From Candidatus Uhrbacteria bacterium (GTDB taxonomy: Bacteria > Patescibacteriota > Patescibacteriia > UBA9934 > GWF2-40-263), in assembly GCA_026395055.1 (NCBI GenBank), contig JAPLZK010000002.1, positions 128,154 to 192,153 of the forward strand: a stretch of DNA of 64,000 nucleotides, given 5' to 3'. Below are positions 54,204 to 64,000 of the stretch, one piece after another. A program made the position numbers and the translations under genes. Numbering within the stretch: the first letter of the stretch is position 1; every line of letters starts with the position of its first letter. The notes under the pieces were generated by a model. That model worked only from the letters and a program-made list of their open reading frames with translations. It was not told the DNA's origin and searched no databases.

Positions 54204-54283
54204 TTCGCCTGTCTCGAAAGACCAAGTAATTTCGATAAATAAGCAAAAATTAATTTTGGGCGGCTCCGCCCTTTCTCATTTCT

Positions 54284-55477
54284 ATGGCAGAAGCATTTGC
54301 GCGCAACAAGCCGCACGTTAACGTTGGAACCATCGGTCACGTTGACCACGGTAAAACGACAACAACAGCTGCCCTCCTCGCCGTTTTGGGTGCGAGAGGA
54401 TTGGCTGCACAATCAAAGGGAATGGACGATTTGGATAAAGCACCAGAGTCAAAAGCTCGTGGAATCACAATCGCAACCGCTCACTGTGAATATGAGTCAG
54501 AAAAGCGTCACTACGCTCACGTGGACTGTCCAGGACACGCTGACTACATCAAGAACATGATCACAGGTGCTGCTCAAATGGACGGCGCAATCTTGGTTGT
54601 TTCTGCTGCAGACGGCCCAATGCCACAAACTCGTGAGCACATTTTGCTCGCACACCAAGTTGGAGTTCCAGCTATGGTGGTCTTCTTGAACAAAGTTGAC
54701 ATGGTAGATGATCCAGAACTTATTGATCTTGTTGAAGAAGAAGTTCGTGATCTTTTGAAAAAATACAAATTCCCTGGAGATGAAGTGCCTGTTATTCGCG
54801 GATCCGCTTTGAAAGCACTCCAAAACCCAACAGATCCAGAAGCATCAAAGTGCATCATGGACATCGTTGCAGCTTTGGACAACTACATCCCAGAACCAGT
54901 TCGTGAAGTAGACAAGCCACTTCTTATGCCTATTGAGGACGTATTCTCAATCGAAGGTCGTGGAACCGTGGTTACAGGTCGTATCGAACGTGGAACCATC
55001 AACTTGAACGATGAAGTTCAATTGGTCGGTATTCACGAAGAACCAACAAAAACAATCGTTACCGGAATTGAAATGTTCAACAAGTCTTTGGCGCAAGGAC
55101 TTGCTGGTGACAACGCAGGAATTCTCCTTCGTGGTGTTAAGAAAGAAGACGTTGAGCGCGGAATGGTTCTTGCGAAACCAGGATCCATCACCCCTCACAC
55201 AGACTTCGAAGCTGAAATCTACGCCCTCACAAAAGAGGAAGGTGGACGCCACAAACCATTCTTTAAAGGATATAAGCCACAGTTCTACGTCCGAACAACA
55301 GACGTTACGGGTGAAGTTGTCCTTCCAGAAGGAACAGAAATGGTTATGCCTGGAGACACGGTTAGCGCAACCGTTAAATTGATTCATCCAGTTGCTCTCG
55401 AAGAAAAGATGACATTCGCAATTCGCGAAGGTGGAAAAACCGTTGGAGCTGGAATCGTTGTAAAAATTATCAAGTAA
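54284..55477 (+). CDS. tuf: Elongation factor Tu
   Basis: Motifs [17 protein letters not shown] and NKVD. 397 aa. Confidence 0.95.
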   Translation: MAEAFARNKPHVNVGTIGHVDHGKTTTTAALLAVLGARGLAAQSKGMDDLDKAPESKARGITIATAHCEYESEKRHYAHVDCPGHADYIKNMITGAAQMDGAILVVSAADGPMPQTREHILLAHQVGVPAMVVFLNKVDMVDDPELIDLVEEEVRDLLKKYKFPGDEVPVIRGSALKALQNPTDPEASKCIMDIVAALDNYIPEPVREVDKPLLMPIEDVFSIEGRGTVVTGRIERGTINLNDEVQLVGIHEEPTKTIVTGIEMFNKSLAQGLAGDNAGILLRGVKKEDVERGMVLAKPGSITPHTDFEAEIYALTKEEGGRHKPFFKGYKPQFYVRTTDVTGEVVLPEGTEMVMPGDTVSATVKLIHPVALEEKMTFAIREGGKTVGAGIVVKIIK

Positions 55478-55531
55478 TTAACGAGTGGGGGGTGCTTTTC
55501 ATCCCTCACTTACCGTTCTTTCTTTCACATT

Positions 55532-55870
55532 GTGACTAATACCCCAACAAAAAAAGAACAAGAAGACAAACCACGCCTTCGTATCAAAATTCGTGCGTAT
55601 GATAGCAAGATCATTGATCAAGCTACAGAAACGATTTTGAAAACAGTAGAGCGTTCCGGAGCAAAAGTGATTGGTCCAATTCCTCTTCCAACAGAGAAGA
55701 AGAAATACACGGTCAACCGCTCAACCTTCGTTCACAAAGATTCTCGTGATCAGTTTGAAATGCGCGTTCATAAACGCATCATCGACATCACAGAAACAAC
55801 AGACAAAACCATCGATGCTCTTATGAGCTTGAACCTTCCAGCAGGTGTCGATGTCGAAATCAAAACCTAA
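55532..55870 (+). CDS. rpsJ: 30S ribosomal protein S10
   Basis: [10 protein letters not shown]...PLPT...R.HKRIIDI. Confidence 0.85.
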   Translation: MTNTPTKKEQEDKPRLRIKIRAYDSKIIDQATETILKTVERSGAKVIGPIPLPTEKKKYTVNRSTFVHKDSRDQFEMRVHKRIIDITETTDKTIDALMSLNLPAGVDVEIKT

Positions 55871-56097
55871 CCCTGACTTCGGTCAGGTCTCAGAGTAAAG
55901 AGATTCTCTTTCTTCCGAGATCTGTCTGAAGATCTACCAATCAATTGAACAAGGAAGAAAGATCTTATGCATCTGGTGTGTATCCTGAAGAAAACCTTCC
56001 TGAGCTTTGAGAGATTGTTGCGGAGATTATTACATTGTCCATAAACATCCTTCGTACAAGTTTACCTCCAGTATTTTGGAGATCGTTGTATTAGGGG

Positions 56098-56142
56098 CTA
56101 GAAGCCGATCGTTATTCGCAAGAATGAAGATCGACTTCTAGC
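56098..56142. repeat. Long hairpin in the rpsJ-rplC spacer, related to the ggggctag/gccgatcg repeat family
   Basis: ctagaagccgatc...gatcgacttctag (one mismatch) preceded by attaggggctag. Confidence 0.5.
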
Positions 56143-56171
56143 TTTTGTGCTAGTAAGCATTGAAAACACGT

Positions 56172-56804
56172 ATGCCATTTATCATCGGACGCAAAGTCGA
56201 AATGACACAACAATTTAAGGATGACGGTACCGTCGTTCCGGTTACGCTTATCAAAGCGGAACCAAACATCGTTACACAAATCCGTGAAGAAGCACGCGAC
56301 GGTTACGTTGCTGTGCAAATTGGATCTGAAGTCACAACCAAATCGCTCGTAAAGAGTGAAGCGGGTCACTTGCAAGATCTTCCGCAACTTAAAACCTTGC
56401 GTGAATTTCGTGTGGCTGGTGTTCCAGAAAATTATGTGCGCGGAACAGAAATCCGTGTAAGTGATTTTGTGCCCGGTACAAAAGTTGACATTGTCGGTGT
56501 TTCAAAGGGTCGTGGATTTGCTGGTGTTATGAAACGCCACCACTTCGCAGGAAGTAAAGCAACTCACGGTAACAAAGATCAACAGCGTATGGGAGGTTCC
56601 ATTGGTTCACAACGCCAAGGAAAAGTTATTAAGGGTCAGCGCATGGGTGGTCATATGGGTGACGTGCGTGTGACAGTAAAAAATCTTGAAGTCGTTTCTT
56701 TTGATGCAGATAAAAACTTACTTGCTGTCAAAGGTGCGATTCCAGGAGCTCGTGGAGGACTTATCCTGGTTCGTTCACATGAAAGAAAACAATTATGGCA
56801 GTAG
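56172..56804 (+). CDS. rplC: 50S ribosomal protein L3
   Basis: L3 family (KRHHFAG....G...Q). Start taken at MPFIIGRK. Confidence 0.85.
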   Translation: MPFIIGRKVEMTQQFKDDGTVVPVTLIKAEPNIVTQIREEARDGYVAVQIGSEVTTKSLVKSEAGHLQDLPQLKTLREFRVAGVPENYVRGTEIRVSDFVPGTKVDIVGVSKGRGFAGVMKRHHFAGSKATHGNKDQQRMGGSIGSQRQGKVIKGQRMGGHMGDVRVTVKNLEVVSFDADKNLLAVKGAIPGARGGLILVRSHERKQLWQ

Positions 56805-57430
56805 TATCCCTCTACAATACAACCGGTGCAAAAGTAGGATCGCTTACACTTGAAGCGAGCTTGTTTGACGTGAAAATGAGCCCAGCGCTTATTCACGAAG
56901 CAGTTGTTGCACAACAAGCAAACTCTAGAGAAGCAATCGCTCACACCAAAACTCGTGGTGAGGTTGCGGGCTCAAGTAAGAGACCATGGAAACAAAAAGG
57001 AACAGGACGTGCTCGTCACGGATCTACAAAGTCTCCAATTTGGATCGGTGGTGGTATCAGCTTTGGGCCACGTAATGATCGTAACTTCTCTCTCAAAATC
57101 AACAAACGCGCAAAACGAAAAGCTCTTGCAATGGTCTTGTCTGAGAAAGTTGCAACAGATCGTTTCGTCACACTCGAAGCATTTGATTTGAAGGAAGGAA
57201 AAACAAAAGAGTTGGCAATGATTCTCAAAAACTTGCCAATTTCAAAAAAGAAAACCCTCATCATTCTTCCTCCAGCACAAAAAGATATCGCGATTGCTGC
57301 AAAGAACATGAAGGGAATTGAAACAATGCCAGCCAACACGCTGAACGTTGTAGATCTTTTGAAGGCAGATGTCGTGTTGATCTCAAAAGAAGCGGTTGAA
57401 ATGGTCACTCAAATTTACAAGCGAGCGTAA
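56795..57430 (+). CDS. rplD: 50S ribosomal protein L4
   Basis: L4 family. Overlaps the rplC 3' end. Confidence 0.85.
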   Translation: MAVVSLYNTTGAKVGSLTLEASLFDVKMSPALIHEAVVAQQANSREAIAHTKTRGEVAGSSKRPWKQKGTGRARHGSTKSPIWIGGGISFGPRNDRNFSLKINKRAKRKALAMVLSEKVATDRFVTLEAFDLKEGKTKELAMILKNLPISKKKTLIILPPAQKDIAIAAKNMKGIETMPANTLNVVDLLKADVVLISKEAVEMVTQIYKRA

Positions 57431-57435
57431 ACGGT

Positions 57436-57816
57436 ATGGGAATTTTTAAAAAAAACAATTCAAAAGCGATCGTGCCGAAGGTGGCTAAAGAAAAGACAGA
57501 TGCTCCCGTTTCTGAAACAAAGAAACTTGCCGCATTCGTCTCTTCTGTGCTTATTCGCCCGATCGTAACAGAAAAGAGTGCGATTCTCGCTTCAAAAAAT
57601 TCGTATGTCTTTGCGGTTGCAAAGTCTGCAAATAAAATTGAAGTAGCCGCAGCTATTCGAAAGATGTATGGCATGTTGCCAGAGTCTGTGAACATCCAAA
57701 ATGTGCGTGGAAAATACGTACGTCGCGGAAAGGTTGATGGACATCGCAAGGCTTGGAAAAAAGCTATCGTTACATTGCCTAAAGGAAAAACTTTGAATAT
57801 TTACGAAGGGGTCTAA
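57436..57816 (+). CDS. rplW: 50S ribosomal protein L23 (with N-terminal extension)
   Basis: Core VLIRPIVTEKS... Confidence 0.8.
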   Translation: MGIFKKNNSKAIVPKVAKEKTDAPVSETKKLAAFVSSVLIRPIVTEKSAILASKNSYVFAVAKSANKIEVAAAIRKMYGMLPESVNIQNVRGKYVRRGKVDGHRKAWKKAIVTLPKGKTLNIYEGV

Positions 57817-57846
57817 TCTTGGCAGCAAACAGAATTAACAACACTT

Positions 57847-58698
57847 ATGCCAGTTAAACGCTATAAACCAACGACTGCCGGACGCCGCAATTCAAGTGTG
57901 GATACTTTTGAAGATCTCACAGCTTTTAAACCGTTGAAATCTCTTACTATCCACAAAAAGAAATTTGCAGGTCGTAATAATCAAGGAAAAATCACGGTTC
58001 GTCATCAAGGAGGGGGTGCAAAACAACGCATTCGTCTCGTAGATGCAAAGCGCGATAAATTTGATATTCCGGCAAAAGTCGCAACGATCGAATACGATCC
58101 AAACCGTGGTGCTCGTATCGCCCTTCTCTTCTATAAGGATGGAGAAAAGCGATACATTGTAGCTCCTATTGGCTTAAAGGTAGGTGATTCTGTTGTTTCT
58201 TCAAAAGTAAAAGGTGAAATTCAGACAGGAAATCGTTTCTGTCTTGAGCATATTCCAGTCGGAATTCAGGTGTATGACATCGAACTCCAACCTGGAAAAG
58301 GCGGGCAATTGGTGCGTGGAGCTGGTTCCACGGCACAGCTCATGGCCGTTGAGGGTCCTTACGCAACAGTGAAGTTGCCATCTGGAGAGATTCGGATGGT
58401 CTTCAAGCAGTGTATGGCAACCATTGGTCAAACTTCAAACCCAGATCGTCGATTGATTCGTTGGGGAAAAGCAGGTCGATCACGCCATCGCGGCATTCGT
58501 CCTTCTGTCCGTGGAAAAGCCATGAACCCAGTAGATCACCCACACGGTGGAGGAGAAGCTCGCAACTCAATTGGGTTGAAGCATCCAAAGACTCCTTCTG
58601 GAAAACCAGCGCTTGGTGTAAAGACGCGTCGCAAACAAGCTTCAGATAAACTCATCATTCAACGTCGTAAGAAGGGCCGATTCGTCGGCGGTAAGTAA
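57847..58698 (+). CDS. rplB: 50S ribosomal protein L2
   Basis: L2 family (HPHGGGEG). Confidence 0.9.
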   Translation: MPVKRYKPTTAGRRNSSVDTFEDLTAFKPLKSLTIHKKKFAGRNNQGKITVRHQGGGAKQRIRLVDAKRDKFDIPAKVATIEYDPNRGARIALLFYKDGEKRYIVAPIGLKVGDSVVSSKVKGEIQTGNRFCLEHIPVGIQVYDIELQPGKGGQLVRGAGSTAQLMAVEGPYATVKLPSGEIRMVFKQCMATIGQTSNPDRRLIRWGKAGRSRHRGIRPSVRGKAMNPVDHPHGGGEARNSIGLKHPKTPSGKPALGVKTRRKQASDKLIIQRRKKGRFVGGK

Positions 58699-58714
58699 TC
58701 CTATGTGACGCAGT

Positions 58715-59041
58715 TTGAAAAAAGGTCCCTACGTTCATCCGAAGCTGATCAAAAAGATCGGTAAGTTGAAAGCGGGAGACCAGACACCAATCAAAACATG
58801 GGCACGCTCTTCCACGATTACTCCGGAAATGCTTGGCTTCACATTTGCTGTGCATAACGGAAAAGATTTCATCAAAGTACGTGTCGTAGAAAACATGGTT
58901 GGACACAAGCTTGGGGAATTCTCCGCAACACGAAAGTTCGTTCGTCATGGTGGAAAGCTTCAGAAAGAATCTGAGGCAAGCGCCGGAACACCAAAAGCAG
59001 CTCCAAAAACAGCAGCAAAACCAGCTGCAAAGAAAAAATAG
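58715..59041 (+). CDS. rpsS: 30S ribosomal protein S19 (TTG start, K/A-rich C-terminal tail)
   Basis: LKKGPYVH...GHKLGEF. The ORF begins with TTG. Confidence 0.8.
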   Translation: MKKGPYVHPKLIKKIGKLKAGDQTPIKTWARSSTITPEMLGFTFAVHNGKDFIKVRVVENMVGHKLGEFSATRKFVRHGGKLQKESEASAGTPKAAPKTAAKPAAKKK

Positions 59042-59054
59042 TGATTGAACATGT

Positions 59055-59480
59055 ATGCAAGTGAAAGCTCACGCTCGCCATATCCGCATGTCATCCCGTA
59101 AGGTCCGTCTCGTGATTGACCTCATCCGTGGTGCTCGTGTAGAAAAAGCGCAAACACAACTTCGTTTCGCAAACAAACTCGCCGCTGAACCGGTGCTGAA
59201 ACTTTTGAATTCAGCAATCGCGAACGCTGTGCATAATTTTCAACTCAACAAAGACGATTTGAAAATTACATCCATCACCGCAGACGAAGGACCTATCTTG
59301 GATCGTTGGCACCCACGTGCACATGGTCGCGCGATGCCAATTCGTAAGCGTAGTACTCACATTTCAATCACTCTCGAAGCTATTCCACTTGTTGAAAAAG
59401 GAACAGTAAAGGAAGTGGTTGCAAAACCAGTTGCAAAAAAAGTCATCTCCAAAAAAACCGTAACCTCTAAGACCGAATAA
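59055..59480 (+). CDS. rplV: 50S ribosomal protein L22
   Basis: L22 family, synteny. Confidence 0.85.
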   Translation: MQVKAHARHIRMSSRKVRLVIDLIRGARVEKAQTQLRFANKLAAEPVLKLLNSAIANAVHNFQLNKDDLKITSITADEGPILDRWHPRAHGRAMPIRKRSTHISITLEAIPLVEKGTVKEVVAKPVAKKVISKKTVTSKTE

Positions 59481-59488
59481 AAACTTCT

Positions 59489-60139
59489 ATGGGACACAAG
59501 GTACATCCAAGAGGATTCAGAATCGGAGTCACACAAGGGTGGGACAGTCTTTGGTTCGCGGATTCAAAAAATTACGTTAAACTTCTTCAAGAAGATGTAA
59601 CGATTCGTGCTTTTCTCATGAAGACATTGAAAGATGCTCTTATTGATAAGGTAGAAATCGAACGTACACGTCAGGAAATCAAGATCATGATCTACTCTGC
59701 AAAGCCTGGAATCATTATTGGTCGTGGCGGAACAGGAATTGAAGATCTTTCCAAGAAAATCAAATCAAAGTTTTTTCCTGGAAAACGTGTCAAAATGTCC
59801 ATTAACGTAAAAGAGGTTCAAAATGCATCTCTTTCAGCAATGGTTGTTGGTCAACAAATCGCAACAGACATTGAAAAACGTATGCCATTTCGTCGTGTCA
59901 TGAAAGGAACTCTTGAGCGCGTTACAAAAGCTGGAGCGAAAGGCGTGAAGGTTGCTGTAAGCGGACGCTTAAATGGATCTGAGATTGCACGTCGTGAAAT
60001 GTTGGCACAAGGAAAAATTCCTTTGCACACACTTCGCTCAGATATTGATTACGCTTCCGTTACAGCTCGCACCATCTGGGGAGCAATCGGAATCAAGGTA
60101 TGGATTAACCGAGGAGAAGTTTTCGATAAAAAAGCATAG
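59489..60139 (+). CDS. rpsC: 30S ribosomal protein S3
   Basis: KH-like domain plus GRLNGAEIAR. Confidence 0.9.
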   Translation: MGHKVHPRGFRIGVTQGWDSLWFADSKNYVKLLQEDVTIRAFLMKTLKDALIDKVEIERTRQEIKIMIYSAKPGIIIGRGGTGIEDLSKKIKSKFFPGKRVKMSINVKEVQNASLSAMVVGQQIATDIEKRMPFRRVMKGTLERVTKAGAKGVKVAVSGRLNGSEIARREMLAQGKIPLHTLRSDIDYASVTARTIWGAIGIKVWINRGEVFDKKA

Positions 60140-60150
60140 GATAGAAATTT

Positions 60151-60570
60151 ATGTTAATGCCGAAGAAGGTAAAACATCGCAAATCTCACAAAGGACGCGG
60201 TCGCGGAAAACGTCTTGCAACTCGCATGACAACCGTTGCGTTCGGAGATTTTGCTATCAAAGCAACAACAGAAGCATGGGTAACCTCACGTCAGATTGAA
60301 GCTGCTCGCCGCGCAATGACACGTGCCATTAAGCGTGGAGGAAAAGTTTGGATCCGTATTTTCCCAGATAAGCCTGTAACCTCAAAAGGTTCCGAAATGC
60401 CTATGGGAAAAGGAAAGGGAGCCGTGGATCACTACGTAGCTGTCATTCGTCCCGGAACGGTCATGTTCGAAATGGGTGGAATTTCTGAAGAACTTGCACG
60501 TCATGCACTTACGCTCGCAGCAAGTAAGCTTCCGCTCAAGACCAAGATCATCTCTCGTGAAATTGCTTAA
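60151..60570 (+). CDS. rplP: 50S ribosomal protein L16
   Basis: L16 family. Confidence 0.9.
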   Translation: MLMPKKVKHRKSHKGRGRGKRLATRMTTVAFGDFAIKATTEAWVTSRQIEAARRAMTRAIKRGGKVWIRIFPDKPVTSKGSEMPMGKGKGAVDHYVAVIRPGTVMFEMGGISEELARHALTLAASKLPLKTKIISREIA

Positions 60571-60575
60571 CCTGT

Positions 60576-60770
60576 ATGGATGCAAAAACTCTTCGACAAA
60601 AAACTCCAGATGCGCTTTTGCATGATATTCATGATGCAGGAGAAAAGCTGAAAGCACTTGAGTTTAAATTGTCTTCAAATCAAATTAAGAATGTGCGTGA
60701 AATTCGTCTGCTCAAAAAGCAGATGGCACGTATGCGCACACTCGTCCACGAATCTCAAAAGAACACATAA
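60576..60770 (+). CDS. rpmC: 50S ribosomal protein L29
   Basis: Size, position and coiled-coil character. Confidence 0.8.
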   Translation: MDAKTLRQKTPDALLHDIHDAGEKLKALEFKLSSNQIKNVREIRLLKKQMARMRTLVHESQKNT

Positions 60771-60773
60771 CGT

Positions 60774-61019
60774 ATGAACACAAAGATTACCACAATTCGA
60801 CGCGCATTTACTGGGGTTGTCACTTCCAACAAAATGGAAAAGACAATCGTAGTTCGTGTTGACCGAACTCTTGTGCATCCAAAATATGGAAAGCGTTATG
60901 TGCGCAGTGAAAAGTTTCACGTGCATGCACCAACGGGCACATATGAAATCGGACAAACGGTCTCATTCAAGGAATGCCGCCCGCTTTCAAAAACAAAACG
61001 TTGGACCGTTGTCGCGTAA
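60774..61019 (+). CDS. rpsQ: 30S ribosomal protein S17
   Basis: S17 family. Confidence 0.85.
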   Translation: MNTKITTIRRAFTGVVTSNKMEKTIVVRVDRTLVHPKYGKRYVRSEKFHVHAPTGTYEIGQTVSFKECRPLSKTKRWTVVA

Positions 61020-61099
61020 AACAAACAGTTCGTCGTTCGATGTTAGAAAATGATTAATCGTTTCCTGACTCGAACGACCAACTACAAACATTCAATTCT

Positions 61100-61471
61100 A
61101 TGGTACAAGAACTCTCAGTCATCAAAGTTGCAGATAATACAGGAGCGAAAAAGCTCATGGTTATTCGTGTACTTGGAGGTTTCCAAAAACGTTATGCTCA
61201 CTTGGGCGAACTTGTTGTGTGTTCAGTGAAAGAAGCTGTTCCACACGCAGCCGTCAAAAAAAGTGACGTCATCACAGCTGTGATGGTGCGTACACGTAAG
61301 GAAACACGCCGAAAAGATGGAACTTATATTCGTTTCGATGAAAACGCCGCTGTGATCATTGATAAGAAAACAAAAGATCCAAAAGGAACGCGTATTTTTG
61401 GACCAGTTGCTCGTGAATTGCGTGCGGGTGGATACAACAAAATTATTTCTCTTGCACCTGAAGTGCTCTAA
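61100..61471 (+). CDS. rplN: 50S ribosomal protein L14
   Basis: L14 family. Confidence 0.9.
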   Translation: MVQELSVIKVADNTGAKKLMVIRVLGGFQKRYAHLGELVVCSVKEAVPHAAVKKSDVITAVMVRTRKETRRKDGTYIRFDENAAVIIDKKTKDPKGTRIFGPVARELRAGGYNKIISLAPEVL

Positions 61472-61483
61472 ATCACCCATCTT

Positions 61484-61807
61484 ATGAAAATCAAATCTGG
61501 CGACAAGGTCCGGGTTTTGACCGGAAAAGACAGAAACAAAGAGGGGAAAGTGCTTCAAGTGTTTCCAAACCTTAACCGTGTCGTTGTGGAGGGGGTAAAT
61601 ATCCTCACAAAGCACATGAAAGGACGCGGAGAACATGCAGGACAAAAAATTCAGTTTCCATCTCCTGTTCATGTCTCAAATGTTCAACTCATTTCAGAAA
61701 AGACAGGAACACATGGTCGAATTGGATACAAGATGATCGAAACAGAAGGTTTAAAGAAAAAGATTCGTGTGCTTCGTAAAAAAGGAACAACCGAGGATAT
61801 TGAATAA
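61484..61807 (+). CDS. rplX: 50S ribosomal protein L24
   Basis: KOW motif (IKSGDKVRVLTGKD). Confidence 0.85.
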   Translation: MKIKSGDKVRVLTGKDRNKEGKVLQVFPNLNRVVVEGVNILTKHMKGRGEHAGQKIQFPSPVHVSNVQLISEKTGTHGRIGYKMIETEGLKKKIRVLRKKGTTEDIE

Positions 61808-61812
61808 AAATT

Positions 61813-62355
61813 ATGTCACTCAAAGATTCATACAAAACATCTGTCGTCCCTGAACTCATGAAAGAGTTTGGGTACAAAAATGTGAATGCGGTGCCTGTGG
61901 TCAACACAGTGACACTGAATATTGGAGTTGGGCCTGGCATGAAAGATGCAAAATTCCTTGAAACAACACAAAATACTTTAAAGCGAATTACGGGTCAAAG
62001 ACCTGTTTCCACAAAAGCACGTAAATCCATTGCTGGATTCAAGATCCGTGAGGGAAGCGTTGTGGGAGTGATGGTCACGCTTCGTGGAAAGCGCATGTGG
62101 GACTTTTTAGAAAAATTGATCAACGTCTCATTGCCACGCGTACGCGACTTTCGTGGGCTTTCTCCAAAATCCTTTGATGGAAATGGAAATTACTCCATTG
62201 GTTTCAAAGAACACATGGCGTTCCCAGAAATTTCAAGTGAAGAAATTGAAATCACACATGGAATTCAAGTCACAATCGCAACATCCGCTAAAACAGATAA
62301 GGAAGCAGAAGCTTTGCTCAAACACTTGAGACTTCCTCTCAAACAAGACGCATAA
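61813..62355 (+). CDS. rplE: 50S ribosomal protein L5
   Basis: L5 family. Confidence 0.9.
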   Translation: MSLKDSYKTSVVPELMKEFGYKNVNAVPVVNTVTLNIGVGPGMKDAKFLETTQNTLKRITGQRPVSTKARKSIAGFKIREGSVVGVMVTLRGKRMWDFLEKLINVSLPRVRDFRGLSPKSFDGNGNYSIGFKEHMAFPEISSEEIEITHGIQVTIATSAKTDKEAEALLKHLRLPLKQDA

Positions 62356-62356
62356 T

Positions 62357-62542
62357 ATGGCAACAGAAAATCAAATTGCAAAATCGAAAAAGAAACCTAA
62401 GTTCTCTACGCGCATCCACCGACGTTGTTGGAAGTGCGGAAGAAACCGTGGGTTTATGCGTGCGTTTCAGTTATGCCGTATCTGTTTTCGGGAGTTGGCA
62501 AACAAAGGAGAAATTCCAGGTGTAAGAAAATCAAGTTGGTAA
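62357..62542 (+). CDS. rpsN: 30S ribosomal protein S14 type Z (zinc-binding)
   Basis: 61 aa with C-x2-C...C-x2-C. Confidence 0.85.
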   Translation: MATENQIAKSKKKPKFSTRIHRRCWKCGRNRGFMRAFQLCRICFRELANKGEIPGVRKSSW

Positions 62543-62543
62543 T

Positions 62544-62936
62544 ATGATCACAGACCCAATCTCAGACATGCTCACACGAATCCGCAACGCGCAGGCTGTT
62601 AAAAAAGCTACGCTTGCTTTGCCGTACTCGAACATCAAGTTCGCGATTGCTAAAATTCTTGTAAAAGAAGGATTTGTTGAAAAAGCCGTGATGACAACGG
62701 AATCAAAATTTCCGATGATTCAGATTGATTTGAAGTATTCAAACAATCTTCCGGCCATTCAATCTATCCAACGCGTGAGTAAACCAGGACGCCGCGTTTA
62801 TACCAAGTCAGAAGACTTGCGTTCAATTTTGTCTGGACTCGGTATTACAATCGTATCCACTTCAAACGGACTCATGACCAATAAAGAAGCGCATGCTCGT
62901 CACCTTGGTGGTGAGGTGCTTTGTGAAGTGTATTAG
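62544..62936 (+). CDS. rpsH: 30S ribosomal protein S8
   Basis: S8 family. Confidence 0.9.
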   Translation: MITDPISDMLTRIRNAQAVKKATLALPYSNIKFAIAKILVKEGFVEKAVMTTESKFPMIQIDLKYSNNLPAIQSIQRVSKPGRRVYTKSEDLRSILSGLGITIVSTSNGLMTNKEAHARHLGGEVLCEVY

Positions 62937-62947
62937 AAAAAAACTAT

Positions 62948-63505
62948 ATGTCACGTGTTGGAAAAAAACTCATTCTTATTCCGAAAGAGGTTGAAGTAAC
63001 TGTCGATGATAAATTCATCGTAGTGAAAGGCCCTAAAGGATCTTTGTCACGGACTGTTCATCCGCTTGTTTCGCTTACGCTTACAGAAGATGCGGAAGGA
63101 AAACACCTTGCAGTTTCTGTTGTTGACGAAACGGAAAAGGTGAACCGATCTCAATGGGGAACAGCACGTACATTGATTGCAAACATGATCACGGGTGTAA
63201 CGGTTGGATTCAGCAAAAAACTTGAAGTGAACGGAGTTGGTTATCGCGTAAACCTTCAAGGAAACATTTTAAACTTGATTGTGGGATACTCCCACGACGT
63301 CCCATTCCTTCTTCCTGAAGGAATTACAGCAACTGTGGAAGGAAACGTGATTACCATTATCGGAATTGATAATGAAGTTGTGGGTGAGATTGCTGCGCGT
63401 ATCCGAAAAGTACGAAAACCTGAACCTTATAAAGGAAAAGGAATCAAATACACAGATGAGGTGGTACGTCGCAAGGCTGGTAAATCACAAAAGGCAGCTG
63501 CTTAA
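62948..63505 (+). CDS. rplF: 50S ribosomal protein L6
   Basis: L6 family. Confidence 0.9.
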   Translation: MSRVGKKLILIPKEVEVTVDDKFIVVKGPKGSLSRTVHPLVSLTLTEDAEGKHLAVSVVDETEKVNRSQWGTARTLIANMITGVTVGFSKKLEVNGVGYRVNLQGNILNLIVGYSHDVPFLLPEGITATVEGNVITIIGIDNEVVGEIAARIRKVRKPEPYKGKGIKYTDEVVRRKAGKSQKAAA

Positions 63506-63514
63506 CACAAACGT

Positions 63515-63865
63515 ATGAACGGATTGAAAAAACAACTTAGCCGCGCTCGTCGCGCACATCGCACACGTGTTTCTATGCACGGAACTGAACTCAAACCACG
63601 TTTGAGTGTTTCGCGCAGCTTGAAACATATTTATGTCCAGCTCATCAATGATGATAAGGGTGTAACAATGGCTTCTTGCTCTGATAAAGAGGTGAAAACA
63701 GATGCGTCTCCAATTGAAATCGCAAAAGAAGTTGGTGAAATGATTGCAAAAAAGGCGATTGCAGCTGGTGTAGAAGCGGTTGTATTTGATCGCGGTTCAT
63801 TTCGTTATCACGGCCGCGTGGCTTCTTTGGCAGATGGAGCACGTTCAGCAGGTTTGAAGTTCTAA
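63515..63865 (+). CDS. rplR: 50S ribosomal protein L18
   Basis: L18 family. Confidence 0.85.
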   Translation: MNGLKKQLSRARRAHRTRVSMHGTELKPRLSVSRSLKHIYVQLINDDKGVTMASCSDKEVKTDASPIEIAKEVGEMIAKKAIAAGVEAVVFDRGSFRYHGRVASLADGARSAGLKF

Positions 63866-63872
63866 TTTTGAT

Positions 63873-64000
63873 ATGACAAACGCACAAACAACTTCACGAC
63901 CAAAATCATCTACACCAGATCCTAAAAAATCTTTTGGTGGAAAAGGTGATACGCGCGGAAAAGGCGGAAAACGCCCAGACCGTGATAAAAAAGAACCAAG
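63873..64000 (+). CDS. rpsE: 30S ribosomal protein S5, N-terminal part (continues beyond the window)
   Basis: ATG after rplR. Basic/Gly-rich N-terminus, position in the spc operon. Confidence 0.55.
   Translation, partial: MTNAQTTSRPKSSTPDPKKSFGGKGDTRGKGGKRPDRDKKEP

Noticed and set aside
54204-54283. tRNA genes expected upstream of tuf
   Set aside because: The 80-nt leader contains only a short GC hairpin (gggcgg-ct-ccgccc). No cloverleaf, T-loop (GTTCGAATC-like) or anticodon stem could be assembled. No tRNA was recognised anywhere in the window.

Overview
This window reads as a compact bacterial chromosome segment. Reduced genes (ComEC without a beta-lactamase domain, a short IF-2, K/A-rich ribosomal protein tails) hint at a small-genome lineage, but no lineage is asserted.

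Described features, in order along the window:
- A 5'-truncated ABC ATPase, a Zn-ribbon NUDIX hydrolase (NudC-like) next to nadA, and a divergent mqo.
- A housekeeping block: hup, rny, truB, infB, trxA, trxB, an APC-family permease, and several hypothetical or fusion proteins (CYTH plus P-loop kinase; Memo-like plus CapA).
- leuS, ugd, comEC, ndk, a candidate RelA/SpoT-like nucleotidyltransferase, murI, a pre-ATP-grasp ligase, a TrpR/YerC-like protein and a GNAT.
- A GC-rich, all-minus-strand NAD-metabolism island of about 10 kb: nadE, a radical-SAM protein, a NUDIX ADP-ribose-pyrophosphatase-like protein, pncB, a nadD-nadK fusion, two tandem LOG/SLOG-like Rossmann paralogs, pncA and an NrtR-type regulator.
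- murA, an M50 protease and a secreted protein.
- A GC-rich hrpA with a long C-terminal extension.
- The str, S10 and spc ribosomal protein operons (rpsL to rpsE). The str operon is interrupted between fusA and tuf by an opposite-strand methyltransferase, an APH-family kinase and a Phd-like acidic protein.

Main observations from the hunt:
1. The NrtR-associated NAD island carries an unusual gene complement: LOG/SLOG-like paralogs, a radical SAM and a nadD-nadK fusion.
2. An intergenic module recurs five times inside that island. Each copy is a terminator-like hairpin, then CCCUUUUCU, then a 14-15-bp-arm inverted repeat with co-varying stems.
3. Two related families of G-rich palindromic mini-elements are scattered through the window. 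The units are TTAGGGG/GAGGGG heptamer-like runs, or a CCCCTCC-loop-GGAGGGG hairpin plus a G-run. Four copies sit in-frame inside leuS, comEC (twice) and murI.
4. Several sigma70-like promoters with exact TTGACA-17bp-TAnnnT geometry, and many Rho-independent terminators, are readable directly.

No CRISPR array, rRNA or tRNA was recognised.
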